A DNA stretch of 64,000 bases, from assembly GCA_041666545.1 (NCBI GenBank), contig JBAYGS010000004.1, forward strand, positions 8,610 through 72,609. The letters are read 5' to 3'. Position numbers and translations under genes: made by a program. The notes below the pieces were generated by a model that made no database searches, had not been told where the DNA came from, and was given only the letters and a program-made list of their open reading frames with translations. This document shows positions 9,795-18,519 of this stretch, in pieces. This DNA comes from Minisyncoccota bacterium. Its GTDB lineage: Bacteria; Patescibacteriota; Minisyncoccia; Phycocordibacterales; JBAYGS01. The stretch's first letter is position 1, and each line of letters starts with the position of its first letter.

Positions 9795-9868
9795 GCGCGT
9801 ATAGCTCAGGTGGTTAGAGCGCGTCACTGATAATGACGAGGTCCCACGTTCAACTCGTGGTACGCGCA
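9795..9868 (+). tRNA. tRNA-Ile (anticodon GAT)
   Basis: 74 nt. Acceptor gcgcgta/tacgcgc. D-arm gctc-aggtggtta-gagc. Anticodon arm cgtca-CTGATAA-tgacg. T-arm ccacg-ttcaact-cgtgg. Discriminator A. No encoded CCA. Confidence 0.8.
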
Positions 9869-9936
9869 CATTGTCCGGATGAGGGATTTTGCTTCTTGAA
9901 TGTAGAGCGGTAAAATCATCTCCCAGATGGTTTTAC

Positions 9937-9977
9937 CTGATAATGACGAGGTCCCACGTTCAACTCGTGGTACGCGC
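9937..9977 (+). repeat. Exact 41-nt duplicate of the 3' part of tRNA-Ile (anticodon loop to acceptor 3' strand)
   Basis: ctgataatgacgaggtcccacgttcaactcgtggtacgcgc is identical to tRNA positions 33-73. Lies 68 bp downstream of the intact gene. Confidence 0.6.
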
Positions 9978-10008
9978 CCAGTTTTAATTTTTAAAATTTA
10001 TTTCATAA

Positions 10009-11436
10009 ATGCACACTTTACCCCCAAAGAAGACGAAGATTGTTTGTACTGTTGGTCCGGCGACTGAATCACAGGAGTCTCTGGAGAAGCTTTTAAAAGC
10101 CGGCATGAATGTCATGCGACTAAACTTTTCTCACGGCGATTTCGAGGAACATGGTCGTAGAATCCATAACCTACGAGCCGCAATGATTGAGACCGGTATC
10201 CCAGCCGCCGTCCTCCAAGACCTGGGCGGGCCGAAAATTCGCATCGGTACCTTTACGACCGAAGTCGTCACTCTTAAAGAAGGGCAGACCTTTACTTTGA
10301 CTACCCGAGAGATTGTCGGCGACGAAAATATTGTTCATGTCAATTATCCGCTTTTACCGAAAGAGGTTGAAAAGGGTCACCACATTTTTCTTTTCGATGG
10401 CCGATTAAAACTGGAGGTGTTGAAAATCAAGGATGCCGATATTACCTGCAAAGTCTTGGTTGGCGGAGAGATCAAGGGCAAGCGGGGAGTCAATTTGCCT
10501 CACAGCAACATCTCCATCAGCTCGCTCACACCGAAAGACAAAAAAGATTTGGCATTCGGTTTTGAGCACAATGTTGATTATGTTGCCCTATCTTTTGTCC
10601 GCAAACCGTCCGACATTACCGAGCTCCGAAAAATTTTGGATAAGAAAAAATCTCAAGCCGGCATTATTGCCAAAATCGAGACTCCGCAAGCGGTGGCCAA
10701 TATCGATGAAATCATCAAACTTTCGGATGGCATCATGGTGGCGCGAGGTGACTTGGCAATTGAAATCCCGGCCGAGCATGTGCCGATGGTTCAAAAAGCG
10801 ATCATCAAAAAATGCAATGAGGCCGGCAAGCCGGTGATTACTGCCACGCAAATGCTCGAATCAATGATCAAGACTTCAATCCCGACTCGCGCCGAAGTTT
10901 CCGATATTGCGAATGCGATTATCGACGGCACTGATGCGATTATGCTTTCTGAAGAGACCACCTTGGGCAAATACCCAGTTGAAGCGGTTTCCGTGATGAG
11001 TCGAGTGGCGCATCGGGTGGAGACCGATTTCTTGCATAAACAACTTTTGGGTACTGGTGATGCAGTCGAACCGCGCACTGTCGGTGAAGCCATCAACGCT
11101 TCGGCGGTCCGAACTGCGGAAAGAGTCAAGGCTAGATTGATTGTCTCCTTGACGCACTCCGGTTACAGCGCCCGAATGATTTCTCGTCACAAGCCGACTC
11201 ATCCAATTTTGGTAATGACTCCGCATCAGAAAACTTTTAACAAAGCTCTACTTTATTTTGCCGCCTACCCGGTTTTAATCAAGCAATTCAAAACTTTGAG
11301 TGAAGTCTTGGTGGTGATTAGAAAATTCTGTCTGGAAAACAATTTGGCGCAAAAAGGGGACAAAGTGGTGGTAGCTTGCGGTATGCCTTTTGGCAAAGTG
11401 ATTGAGACGAATATGATGTTGGTGGAGACAATCTAA
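10009..11436 (+). CDS. pyk: Pyruvate kinase
   Basis: 475 aa. KTKIVCTVGPATES, MNVMRLNFSHGD, IAKIETPQAVANIDEI, MVARGDLAIEIP motifs. Confidence 0.9.
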   Translation: MHTLPPKKTKIVCTVGPATESQESLEKLLKAGMNVMRLNFSHGDFEEHGRRIHNLRAAMIETGIPAAVLQDLGGPKIRIGTFTTEVVTLKEGQTFTLTTREIVGDENIVHVNYPLLPKEVEKGHHIFLFDGRLKLEVLKIKDADITCKVLVGGEIKGKRGVNLPHSNISISSLTPKDKKDLAFGFEHNVDYVALSFVRKPSDITELRKILDKKKSQAGIIAKIETPQAVANIDEIIKLSDGIMVARGDLAIEIPAEHVPMVQKAIIKKCNEAGKPVITATQMLESMIKTSIPTRAEVSDIANAIIDGTDAIMLSEETTLGKYPVEAVSVMSRVAHRVETDFLHKQLLGTGDAVEPRTVGEAINASAVRTAERVKARLIVSLTHSGYSARMISRHKPTHPILVMTPHQKTFNKALLYFAAYPVLIKQFKTLSEVLVVIRKFCLENNLAQKGDKVVVACGMPFGKVIETNMMLVETI

Positions 11437-11484
11437 CACGACACGAATACACGAATTAGCGCGAATGATACGAATGGGAAGGCC

Positions 11485-11512
11485 AAATCCGCCGAAGAGG
11501 GCGGATTTTGCC
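11485..11512 (+). terminator. Rho-independent terminator after pyk
   Basis: aaatccgccgaagagggcggattttg. Confidence 0.55.
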
Positions 11513-11684
11513 TATAAGGTGAGGCCCCTTGGCGGGCTTGCTTTTTTTCTCAAGATATGCTATAATTCATAACAGAACGGTACCTTGTAATTGCAAGGAA
11601 ATCCTGCAGAAGACACGCCCTAAACCGCTTGTTGCGGTCGGGTAAAACCACGGGGTTATAGCCCCACAGAAAGAAAGGAAGACA

Positions 11685-13121
11685 GTGAAAACTGAAACAG
11701 TTGCGAAGACTCCGATCCCCGTTGACGAGATTCTCACTCACGCTCGCGCCCACTGGGACGAGTTGGTGGCGTGGAAACTGTTGATATGGTACGGGGAGAA
11801 GTTTTTCCCCGGAATCAGTAAGGCGAAGCTTTTCTTCGCCGGAGCCACGACTGAAGGGACGGACGCGATGTTCGACCAGCGGAAGATTCTTCGGATTGCG
11901 TGTGGCGGGCGTTTCGATGAGCACCGCAACGGTGGCAGTGGCCGGATTCCGGGCAAGTGCTCGACCATCCTGGTCGCGGATTACATTGAGTTGGCGGATG
12001 CCCCGTATCTCCGACGCCTCTTTAAAGAGACCCTGGAGTGCGACGAGCGGAATGTCTCAGCGACTCGGTTCCCGCAGATTATGAAAGCCGCCTATCGGGC
12101 TTTTCCGAATGACCCGGCCTTCATCTTCAGGAAATCGCAGTGTGTCGTCGCGGCCATCATCAAGGCGGAGATGTGCCAGTTCGCCCCCAAAGCGAACGAG
12201 CCGACCCTGACCTCACTCTTTGAGGAGGTGCTCAAGGAACGGGCGGAGCACTTCACCGACGAGAAGGCGATTGAGCACATCAAGCGCCTCTACGCCGAGA
12301 GCGACCGCGCGGGTGAAGAGTTCGTCACCGAGCTCTCCTTCATCGTGAAGGCGATGTTCCGGCGGGATGACCCGATCAAGGACATCTCGGACTGGGTGTG
12401 GTTTGTGAGTGGTATTCTCTACGCCGACCAAGTGGCCTTTCGCACAGCGAGGGACTTCTGCAAAGCCAACGCGGTTGAACACCGTGTGGTAATGCAAAAC
12501 GGTCGGCACCTCCGCCTCGGTGTGGTCCAGACCGACCTCGAGTCGGCCTTGCAGGTGATGTTGTACTTCAAGTACGACATCGTGATTATCAAGAACGGCA
12601 AGGGTCAGGTGCAAGTCTGCACCGCGAAGTCGGCTCGGGAACGCCATGGGGTGAATCTCGGCAACTTTGTCCGCATGTGGCGGTGGCTCGAGTTGCCGGT
12701 TCAGGATAAGGAGACCTACACCTGGCAGCAGTTGGGTGTCGCCGGGAATCACGAAGGGGTAGATACGGTCTACTACCATCGCGGTTCGCAGGAGGCGTCG
12801 GTCGAGAACGCCTACAATGGAACGACCACTCACCCGAATGTCCCGCCGACGCGAGTCGCGCTCGACATGTTGGTGAACTGTATCCAACACGCCTTCACTG
12901 TGGACGGTGTGGCGCAGTGGATGCGGGGTCGGGCGGTCCGGATGGAGAAGCGGGTGAAGGTGGTGGTGCCGAAGGCGACGACCCCGAAGCCTCAGCCGGC
13001 AGTGGAAGCGGTAGCTCCCCAGGCGCCGGTAGTGGCATCGAGTGAGCCGAAAGGTCCGGTGACGGATGTGGAGGCTGCCTTCGCGAAGGCTGCGGTGGTC
13101 GACGAAGGTGAAGGGAAGTAG
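11685..13121 (+). CDS. Hypothetical protein in the high-GC island (478 aa), with low-complexity P/A/V/K-rich C-terminal tail
   Basis: GTG start preceded by AAGGAAG Shine-Dalgarno. GC ~60%+. No recognised domain. The antisense strand carries only R/H/P-rich nonsense ORFs. Confidence 0.5.
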   Translation: MKTETVAKTPIPVDEILTHARAHWDELVAWKLLIWYGEKFFPGISKAKLFFAGATTEGTDAMFDQRKILRIACGGRFDEHRNGGSGRIPGKCSTILVADYIELADAPYLRRLFKETLECDERNVSATRFPQIMKAAYRAFPNDPAFIFRKSQCVVAAIIKAEMCQFAPKANEPTLTSLFEEVLKERAEHFTDEKAIEHIKRLYAESDRAGEEFVTELSFIVKAMFRRDDPIKDISDWVWFVSGILYADQVAFRTARDFCKANAVEHRVVMQNGRHLRLGVVQTDLESALQVMLYFKYDIVIIKNGKGQVQVCTAKSARERHGVNLGNFVRMWRWLELPVQDKETYTWQQLGVAGNHEGVDTVYYHRGSQEASVENAYNGTTTHPNVPPTRVALDMLVNCIQHAFTVDGVAQWMRGRAVRMEKRVKVVVPKATTPKPQPAVEAVAPQAPVVASSEPKGPVTDVEAAFAKAAVVDEGEGK

Positions 13122-13145
13122 GCAGGGACTTGCAAGCAGGACAGT

Positions 13146-13183
13146 GGCCCGGGAACGCGCAGCGCGTTTCCGGGCCTTTTTAT
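13146..13183 (+). terminator. Rho-independent terminator
   Basis: ggcccgggaacgcgcagcgcgtttccgggcc + ttttt. Confidence 0.6.
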
Positions 13184-13303
13184 TACAAATATTTACAAAT
13201 AGCGGCCTTGTGCTCCAATGTACACAGGACTCCCCTGTGTAAACGGTGGAGGTGGCTAAAATAAGCCATTTTTTGGGAAATATCAATGATTTGTCAAAAA
13301 TGC

Positions 13304-13332
13304 TTGACAAACGACTTCAAATTTGCTATAAT
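13304..13332 (+). promoter_or_regulatory. Strong sigma70-like promoter (TTGACA-17-TATAAT) with overlapping TTGTCAA/TTGACAA palindrome
   Basis: ttgaca 13304-13309, tataat 13327-13332. AT-rich promoter embedded in GC-rich DNA. The inverted repeat ttgtcaaaaatgcttgacaa overlaps the -35. Confidence 0.55.
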
Positions 13333-13437
13333 ATGCACAGAAAACCTGAAAGAAAGATCTCGACTGGGTCTCGGCACTTCGCCGGATAAGGGGCACCTGT
13401 CCCACCAAAGTTGAGATGCAGAAACGAAAGAAGCGAT

Positions 13438-14448
13438 ATGAAAACAAACAAAATGCTGGAAGCTGGCAACCAAACCATCAAGGCGCGTCGCGGCGTGGTG
13501 AAGTTTGTGTCCCGCACCAAGGGATACGGTTTCGTCACCGGCGTCGAAGGCGTGGGTGGCCAGGATGTCTGGTTCCCGATTGACGACATCGGCAACATCA
13601 TCGCTGGCGATAACCATCCCAGGATCCTGCGCGACAACCGTGTGCAGCTCTTCCCGGGAACCGTGGTCATGATTCTCGCGCCGTTCGACGGCAGGGGGAG
13701 TCTGGCGACCGATGGGGTCGGACGGCTCATGGATTACGTCGACGCCGAGCGCGAAATCGCGAAGCGGCCGTACTTCCGGGTCATGCATCTGGACACGCGT
13801 TTCAACGGTCAGAAGATGACCGCGGGCGCGCGCGAGGTGCAGTACGCTGAAGGCACACTGGCCCAGCTGGAACGGGAGTTTCCGATCGGCACGCCGAACG
13901 ATCCGTTGGCGAAGGGCTATAAGACGGCGGTGGTGACGGTTCCGGCGGTTCGCTGGGATCGGCGCCAGGCCGACGGGAGCTGGAAGGTGCAAAGCACCGA
14001 TCCTCGGCGTTGGGCGCAAGCTCCGGAGCCGAAGGTTCCGGCGGTCATGCTCCAGCCGATTGCGAAGCCGACCGGGACTCCAGCGCCTCTGATGGTTCGG
14101 GTGCTCAAGGTCGGTGCCGGTGGCGGCACGCAGGTCTGGGCCGGTCCCATCGTCGAGTTGAGCAAGTCCACGGAGTTCACCGGGGCTGGCTACACCGTCG
14201 AGAAGGTCGACGGCACGGTCAATGGCGAAGTCGCCTGGACCGAGATCGCTGACCCGCGCGCGAAGGTCGCTCCGAGCGTGCCGACTCCGGCCCGCCAAAA
14301 GGCCGCCAAGCCGGCTCAACCCGTCAAGGGTTCCGGCCAGACCGCCCCCACTGGCGTGTCGGTCGCCCCGGCCAAGAAGGCGAAGTCGGTGCAGACGGTC
14401 AAGGGCCTCGACGCCCTGTCCATCGCCCCGGCTCCGGCTGGCAAGTAG
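13438..14448 (+). CDS. Cold-shock-domain-like N-terminus protein with K/A/P-rich histone-H1-like C-terminal tail; hypothetical
   Basis: GVVKFVSRTKGYGFVTGVEGVGGQDVWFPIDDI resembles a CSD (GxVKWFNxxKGFGFI...DVFxH). The C-terminus ARQKAAKPAQPVKGSGQTAPTGVSVAPAKKAKSVQTVK is low-complexity. ATG at 13438 (the track's TTG start at 13411 is also possible). GC ~63%. Confidence 0.5.
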   Translation: MKTNKMLEAGNQTIKARRGVVKFVSRTKGYGFVTGVEGVGGQDVWFPIDDIGNIIAGDNHPRILRDNRVQLFPGTVVMILAPFDGRGSLATDGVGRLMDYVDAEREIAKRPYFRVMHLDTRFNGQKMTAGAREVQYAEGTLAQLEREFPIGTPNDPLAKGYKTAVVTVPAVRWDRRQADGSWKVQSTDPRRWAQAPEPKVPAVMLQPIAKPTGTPAPLMVRVLKVGAGGGTQVWAGPIVELSKSTEFTGAGYTVEKVDGTVNGEVAWTEIADPRAKVAPSVPTPARQKAAKPAQPVKGSGQTAPTGVSVAPAKKAKSVQTVKGLDALSIAPAPAGK

Positions 14449-14471
14449 CTTGAGTCCTCACGGACTCGCAA

Positions 14472-14506
14472 CCCCCGCAACACGCAAGTGTCTGCGGGGG
14501 CTTTTT
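14472..14506 (+). terminator. Rho-independent terminator
   Basis: cccccgcaacacgcaagtgtctgcggggg + cttttt. Confidence 0.6.
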
Positions 14507-14541
14507 GTTAAGAACCCTTACGAATAGGGCACACGAATAAG
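14507..14541 (-). repeat. 35-bp repeat family, copy A (reverse orientation)
   Basis: gttaagaacccttacgaatagggcacacgaataag is the reverse complement of the consensus yTTATTCGTGTGCCCTATTyGTAAGGGTTCTCAAC. Confidence 0.7.
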
Positions 14542-14603
14542 CAGAATGCTTTACAAATTTTCTATGCCGTGATACAGTTCTAAAGGAAAGGTGGTGATAA
14601 AAA

Positions 14604-15191
14604 GTGCGTTGTTATACAGCCTATTTCCCAAGGCCCGAGGAGCTCCCTGATAATCTCAAGGATGCTGACTTCAAATTGGGTGACCTAAAGCTGGTTGACG
14701 GTATTAAGGTTGAGGGTGAGAATGACGCGATCATTCTGGGGCAGGTCCCTGGTGATCGAGTTGGCTTGCCTTTGAGCAAGTCTCGTCCACCCGAGGTGAG
14801 TGATGGCCACATCTTTTCCGGTGATCTAATTGATGAAGATGGCGAGCAGGTGCTTGCGCTTTCAGCAACAACCCCGCCGAGACATGTGACCGAAAAAGCT
14901 GTGCCGATTTTACTTTGCGTTCGGTTGTTTTGTTCGGGTGATTCCAAGATCGACGGTTTCTTTCGAGTCTTGGCAGAACCAGCTTCAACTGTTCTTGCGG
15001 TTGGGGGGGTTGCTAAGGTTGGCAGTCATCAAGGGGCTTTTTACCAGGATGTTTTGGTTCTTTTGGAACAGGGTGGCGTTATTCAGGTTAGGCCGGCGGC
15101 GGTCCATCCACCCAAAGATTTCGTTATCCGCTACACGGGCACCGGAATCAATTATTTGACGATGCAGGACTATTTGTCTCTGCCTCCGTGA
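14604..15191 (+). CDS. Hypothetical protein (195 aa)
   Basis: GTG start with AAGGAAAGGTGG SD. TTTACA-17-TACAGT promoter at ~14553-14581. Own terminator. GC ~52%. Confidence 0.45.
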   Translation: MRCYTAYFPRPEELPDNLKDADFKLGDLKLVDGIKVEGENDAIILGQVPGDRVGLPLSKSRPPEVSDGHIFSGDLIDEDGEQVLALSATTPPRHVTEKAVPILLCVRLFCSGDSKIDGFFRVLAEPASTVLAVGGVAKVGSHQGAFYQDVLVLLEQGGVIQVRPAAVHPPKDFVIRYTGTGINYLTMQDYLSLPP

Positions 15192-15197
15192 AATCTT

Positions 15198-15229
15198 CCG
15201 CCCCTCGCGTCGCGCGAGGGGCTTTTCTT
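15198..15229 (+). terminator. Rho-independent terminator
   Basis: ccgcccctcgcgtcgcgcgaggggc + ttttctt. Confidence 0.6.
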
Positions 15230-15256
15230 ATTTGTGTAAAGTTTTCCGACTCCTTC

Positions 15257-15304
15257 TTTTGGTTATTGTTTCTTGGTTATTGATTATTGTTCGAGGGTTC
15301 TTAA
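15257..15304 (+). repeat. 'ggttattg'-rich spacer plus partial 3' end of the 35-bp repeat
   Basis: ttttggttattgtttcttggttattgattattgtt followed by cgagggttcttaac (matches the repeat 3' end aagggttctcaac). Confidence 0.5.
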
Positions 15305-15311
15305 CTATCTT

Positions 15312-15346
15312 CATATTCGTGTGCCCTATTTGTAAGGGTTCTCAAC
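15312..15346 (+). repeat. 35-bp repeat family, copy B (forward)
   Basis: catattcgtgtgccctatttgtaagggttctcaac. Confidence 0.7.
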
Positions 15347-15405
15347 TGTTTTCTTTTCCCAGTTATCCTGCTATTCTTGAGCAGAAAGTTCTTCCCAAGG
15401 TTTTT

Positions 15406-16032
15406 ATGAAAGCTTTTGAATTCCGATTCGGTCCGAATGGTAAGGCTGTCTGGACTATTGGTATCGGTCGCGAGGTTTTCAAATTTCGCGACAAGACTTG
15501 TCACGGCTTGTCGCTGGGACAGGAAGGTTGTCGGCATCTTGGCCGCAACGGCAACGAAAAAATCCTGTTCGATCGATCTCAACCGCCGATTGTTGATGCC
15601 AGTTGCGCTCGGGTCCTGGAGTGCTCGATTACGGCAGTTTCTACCAGGAAAAAGGACCGTCGGCCGGCTTACCGTTCGCACCACTTTATCTTATCAGCTC
15701 CTCGTGATAACGACTCCAGAATTCTGGTCAGGGTTGTCTCGAGGTCGTTGCTCAACAGGTATCGTTCGAGCGCTGATGGTAAAGTGAGCTTTCTTAAAGA
15801 CCCTACTCGACAGCCGATCGCGCTCGGTTTTGGTCATAATGTCTTCAATGATCTAAACAGTGGTGTCTGGACCGACGAGCTCTTGATTATGAATCTCGGC
15901 GACGCCGTGAATGTTCATCCGGCCGGAATCCAGACCGTATTCTTCGATCAAGTTTTATATTATGATGACCCTGCCAGTCTTCCTATGTGTGTGGCTGGCT
16001 ATGGCTATAAGCGCGATCGGCATTTGGACTGA
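15406..16032 (+). CDS. Hypothetical protein (209 aa from ATG 15406; track ORF starts TTG 15232)
   Basis: MKAFEFRFGPNGKAVWTIGIGREVFKF... Preferred start is downstream of repeat copy B. Own terminator. Confidence 0.4.
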   Translation: MKAFEFRFGPNGKAVWTIGIGREVFKFRDKTCHGLSLGQEGCRHLGRNGNEKILFDRSQPPIVDASCARVLECSITAVSTRKKDRRPAYRSHHFILSAPRDNDSRILVRVVSRSLLNRYRSSADGKVSFLKDPTRQPIALGFGHNVFNDLNSGVWTDELLIMNLGDAVNVHPAGIQTVFFDQVLYYDDPASLPMCVAGYGYKRDRHLD

Positions 16033-16043
16033 TTTTTCACTTC

Positions 16044-16072
16044 CGCCGCCCCAACCTTTCTGGGGCGGTTTT
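16044..16072 (+). terminator. Rho-independent terminator
   Basis: gccgccccaacctttctggggcgg + tttt. Confidence 0.6.
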
Positions 16073-16107
16073 CATATTCGTGTGCCCTATTTGTAGGGGT
16101 TCTCAGC
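16073..16107 (+). repeat. 35-bp repeat family, copy C (forward)
   Basis: catattcgtgtgccctatttgtaggggttctcagc, immediately after the terminator and ~37 bp before murD. Confidence 0.7.
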
Positions 16108-16143
16108 CGTTTTTTAATGCTATGGTCGTGCTATGATGGCGTC

Positions 16144-17487
16144 ATGAAAATTCCAGATGGCTATTTCAAGGGTAAAAAAATAACGGTAATGGGACTGGGT
16201 CTTTTGGGTCGGGGGGTGGGGGATATCAAATTTCTGGCCGAAGCCGGGGCTGATTTGATTGTGACTGATTTGAAATCTGAGGATGTTCTTAGTCCATCTT
16301 TGAAACAACTTCAAAATCTTAGAACTTCAAAACCAATAAACTTTGTCCTGGGCGAGCACCGTCTAGAAGATTTTAGAAATCGAGATTTTATTCTGAAAGC
16401 GGCCGGTGTTCCGTTGGATTCAGTTTATATTACTGAAGCAAAAAAATGCTGGATTCCAATAAAGATGAGTGCCTCCTGGTTTGCGGAATTGGCCGAAGGA
16501 GTAAAAATTGTCGGAGTGACCGGCACGCGCGGGAAATCAACCACCACAGTTTTAATTTACGAAATTCTCAAAAAGGCCGGCCGGCAAGTTTTTCTGGGTG
16601 GTAATATTCGAGGGGTTTCGACTCTGGCATTTCTTAACGAGGCTAAGCCTGGAGATATTGCAGTTTTGGAATTGGATTCCTGGCAACTCCAAGGTTTTGG
16701 CGAGGCCGAATTTTCACCTCAAGTGGCAGTATTTACGACTTTTCTCGATGACCATCTGAATTATTATAAAGGCGATAGAGATATGTATTTTGAAGACAAA
16801 GCCAATATTTTTAAATACCAGAAAAAAGGCGACGTTTTGGTGGTTAGCGAGATGGTCACGGAAGATGCAAGATTCAGGATTCATGATTCAAGAATGAAAA
16901 TAGCAAAGAAGGAAGAGGTGCCAAAAGATTGGAAGATACAAATTCCCGGCGAGCACAATCTTTCAAATATCGCCTGCGCTTTTGAGGCGGTGAAGGTGCT
17001 CGGGGTGCCCTTGGCAACAATCAAGGAGGCGGTCGAGGAGTTTAAAGGAGTCGAGGGACGCCTGCAAGATCTCGGAATTTTCGACGGGGTGAGGATTTAT
17101 AATGACAATAATGCCACTACACCCGACGCGACAGTCGCCGCCCTAAAAGCTTTGAATAAAAATATAATTTTAATTTGTGGCGGGTCGGACAAGGGTTTAG
17201 ATATGACGGCCTTAGTTACGGAAATTCCTAAACATTGTAAAGCGATCGTTTTGCTTTCCGGCTCTGGTTCTCTTTCACTACTCACTACTCACTACTCACT
17301 ACCAACTAAAGTGGAAATGAAAGAGGTCGCAAATTTAGGCCAAGCACTGGACGCATCACTCAGGTTGGCCGCTAAAGGAGACATTATTATTTTCAGTCCT
17401 GCTTTTGCCTCATTCGGTTTGTTCAAAAATGAGTATGACCGCAATGATCAGTTTTTGGAATTGGTTGAGAAATTAAAAAACCGATAA
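16144..17487 (+). CDS. murD: UDP-N-acetylmuramoyl-L-alanine--D-glutamate ligase MurD
   Basis: KKITVMGLGLLGRG N-terminal Rossmann, GVTGTRGKSTTT P-loop, C-terminal SPAFASFGLF. Start preferred at ATG 16144 (MKIPDG...); the track start at 16117 is in-frame. Confidence 0.85.
   Translation: MKIPDGYFKGKKITVMGLGLLGRGVGDIKFLAEAGADLIVTDLKSEDVLSPSLKQLQNLRTSKPINFVLGEHRLEDFRNRDFILKAAGVPLDSVYITEAKKCWIPIKMSASWFAELAEGVKIVGVTGTRGKSTTTVLIYEILKKAGRQVFLGGNIRGVSTLAFLNEAKPGDIAVLELDSWQLQGFGEAEFSPQVAVFTTFLDDHLNYYKGDRDMYFEDKANIFKYQKKGDVLVVSEMVTEDARFRIHDSRMKIAKKEEVPKDWKIQIPGEHNLSNIACAFEAVKVLGVPLATIKEAVEEFKGVEGRLQDLGIFDGVRIYNDNNATTPDATVAALKALNKNIILICGGSDKGLDMTALVTEIPKHCKAIVLLSGSGSLSLLTTHYSLPTKVEMKEVANLGQALDASLRLAAKGDIIIFSPAFASFGLFKNEYDRNDQFLELVEKLKNR
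17270..17305 (+). repeat. (CACTACT)n heptamer tandem repeat segment, in-frame inside murD
   Basis: ctctttcactactcactactcactactcactaccaact encodes SLSLLTTHYSLPTK. Near-identical to 28814-28852. Confidence 0.7.
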
Positions 17488-17519
17488 CCTTGCGGTCATC
17501 GGTGAAGTTTAATCAGAAA

Positions 17520-18416
17520 CTAGAATCGGTTTACCACGACCAGATTCCGTTTTTTGCTGTCGGGTCCGTTGCCAGCCCGCCTGCAAGACCAGAGAGCAAA
17601 GTCACCGCTTGAATCCTTGTCGCCAAAGGTGTCGAGACCGTCATGAAACGGGACAGTCGGTTCGACTTTACCGAAGGACCTGAACTGTCTTGCAATCAGT
17701 AGCTCCAAGTCGAGACAGCCCAGGTCGGGGCTTCCTAAAAATACCTCATGACCAAAATGTTTGGTCAGGTAGCGAATCATTGACCGGTTACGTTCGCCGT
17801 ATGTCACCTCGTGGACACTGTGGCAGAAATTACGGCCGGCAATTCCGCAGGTGATGAAGAAGCGTAAGTTTTTCGGACGCTCACCTTGGAAACTCTTGAG
17901 AGCATTTCGGACCACTGATTGGTACAAATGAGTCCCAAAACCTTGGCCGATGGCCACACGGTCGATAACTGATTCTCGGCCAGCGTGAAAGACAACGGTT
18001 TTGTCGGTTTCAGTGCTCCAGAGGATTACCGTCGGGCAATCGGCCGAGGAGATCATGAAACTGTGCCAAGCCGGCAACTCAATTCCGTCAGCTTCGCCGT
18101 TTACCATGGGTGTTTTTTCGACTGGGCCGCTGACTTCCGTCCCGCGCAGAATATTTGAGGAATCGACATGAAAACAGGTGTCGAATTCGTTGAGGCGGGC
18201 GATTCGCCGGTTGAACTTTGAGGCGTTGGGCGCATAGAAAGTTCGGACGGCAAAACTTGAACAGACTCGGGCAATCATCGGACGGAAATTGCTTGCAATC
18301 GGCTTTCTCAATTGTTCCAGATTCCAATCAATTATCTGATCTTGGATTTTTCGGCCGAAGACAGAGACAACCAAGCGATCATGCAGGGCTTTCGACCATA
18401 AAGGGGCGGGTTTCAT
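17520..18416 (-). CDS. Laccase-domain / YfiH (PgeF) family protein, putative peptidoglycan editing factor
   Basis: 298 aa. ADCPTVILW...VVFHAGRESV matches the ADCVPVLL...HAGWRG signature of DUF152/PgeF. Confidence 0.55.
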   Translation of the reverse strand: MKPAPLWSKALHDRLVVSVFGRKIQDQIIDWNLEQLRKPIASNFRPMIARVCSSFAVRTFYAPNASKFNRRIARLNEFDTCFHVDSSNILRGTEVSGPVEKTPMVNGEADGIELPAWHSFMISSADCPTVILWSTETDKTVVFHAGRESVIDRVAIGQGFGTHLYQSVVRNALKSFQGERPKNLRFFITCGIAGRNFCHSVHEVTYGERNRSMIRYLTKHFGHEVFLGSPDLGCLDLELLIARQFRSFGKVEPTVPFHDGLDTFGDKDSSGDFALWSCRRAGNGPDSKKRNLVVVNRF

Positions 18417-18519
18417 TTGTCCTTTCTTTTGATGAGCTATTCTTGGGTGATTCTACCCGCTTGGCCAAAAGTGTCAATTGATTGCTTTTGTTTTGGTATT
18501 TTTTTGCTAAGATGACCCT

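Noticed and set aside
10433-11226. Overlapping ORFs on both strands inside pyk (134 aa +, 87/112/116 aa -)
   Set aside because: Alternative frames or antisense of a confidently identified pyruvate kinase gene. Compositionally biased products.
12213-14319. Long minus-strand ORFs (365 aa and 341 aa) spanning the GC-rich island
   Set aside because: Arg/His/Pro-rich, low-complexity translations typical of antisense frames in high-GC DNA. They overlap well-formed + strand genes that have SD sequences, promoters and terminators.
17270-17305. Heptamer tandem repeat as CRISPR or ordinary intergenic microsatellite
   Set aside because: Only ~4.7 units of 7 bp. Located inside coding sequences and kept in-frame. 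Better explained as a coding-region contingency repeat or mini-insertion.
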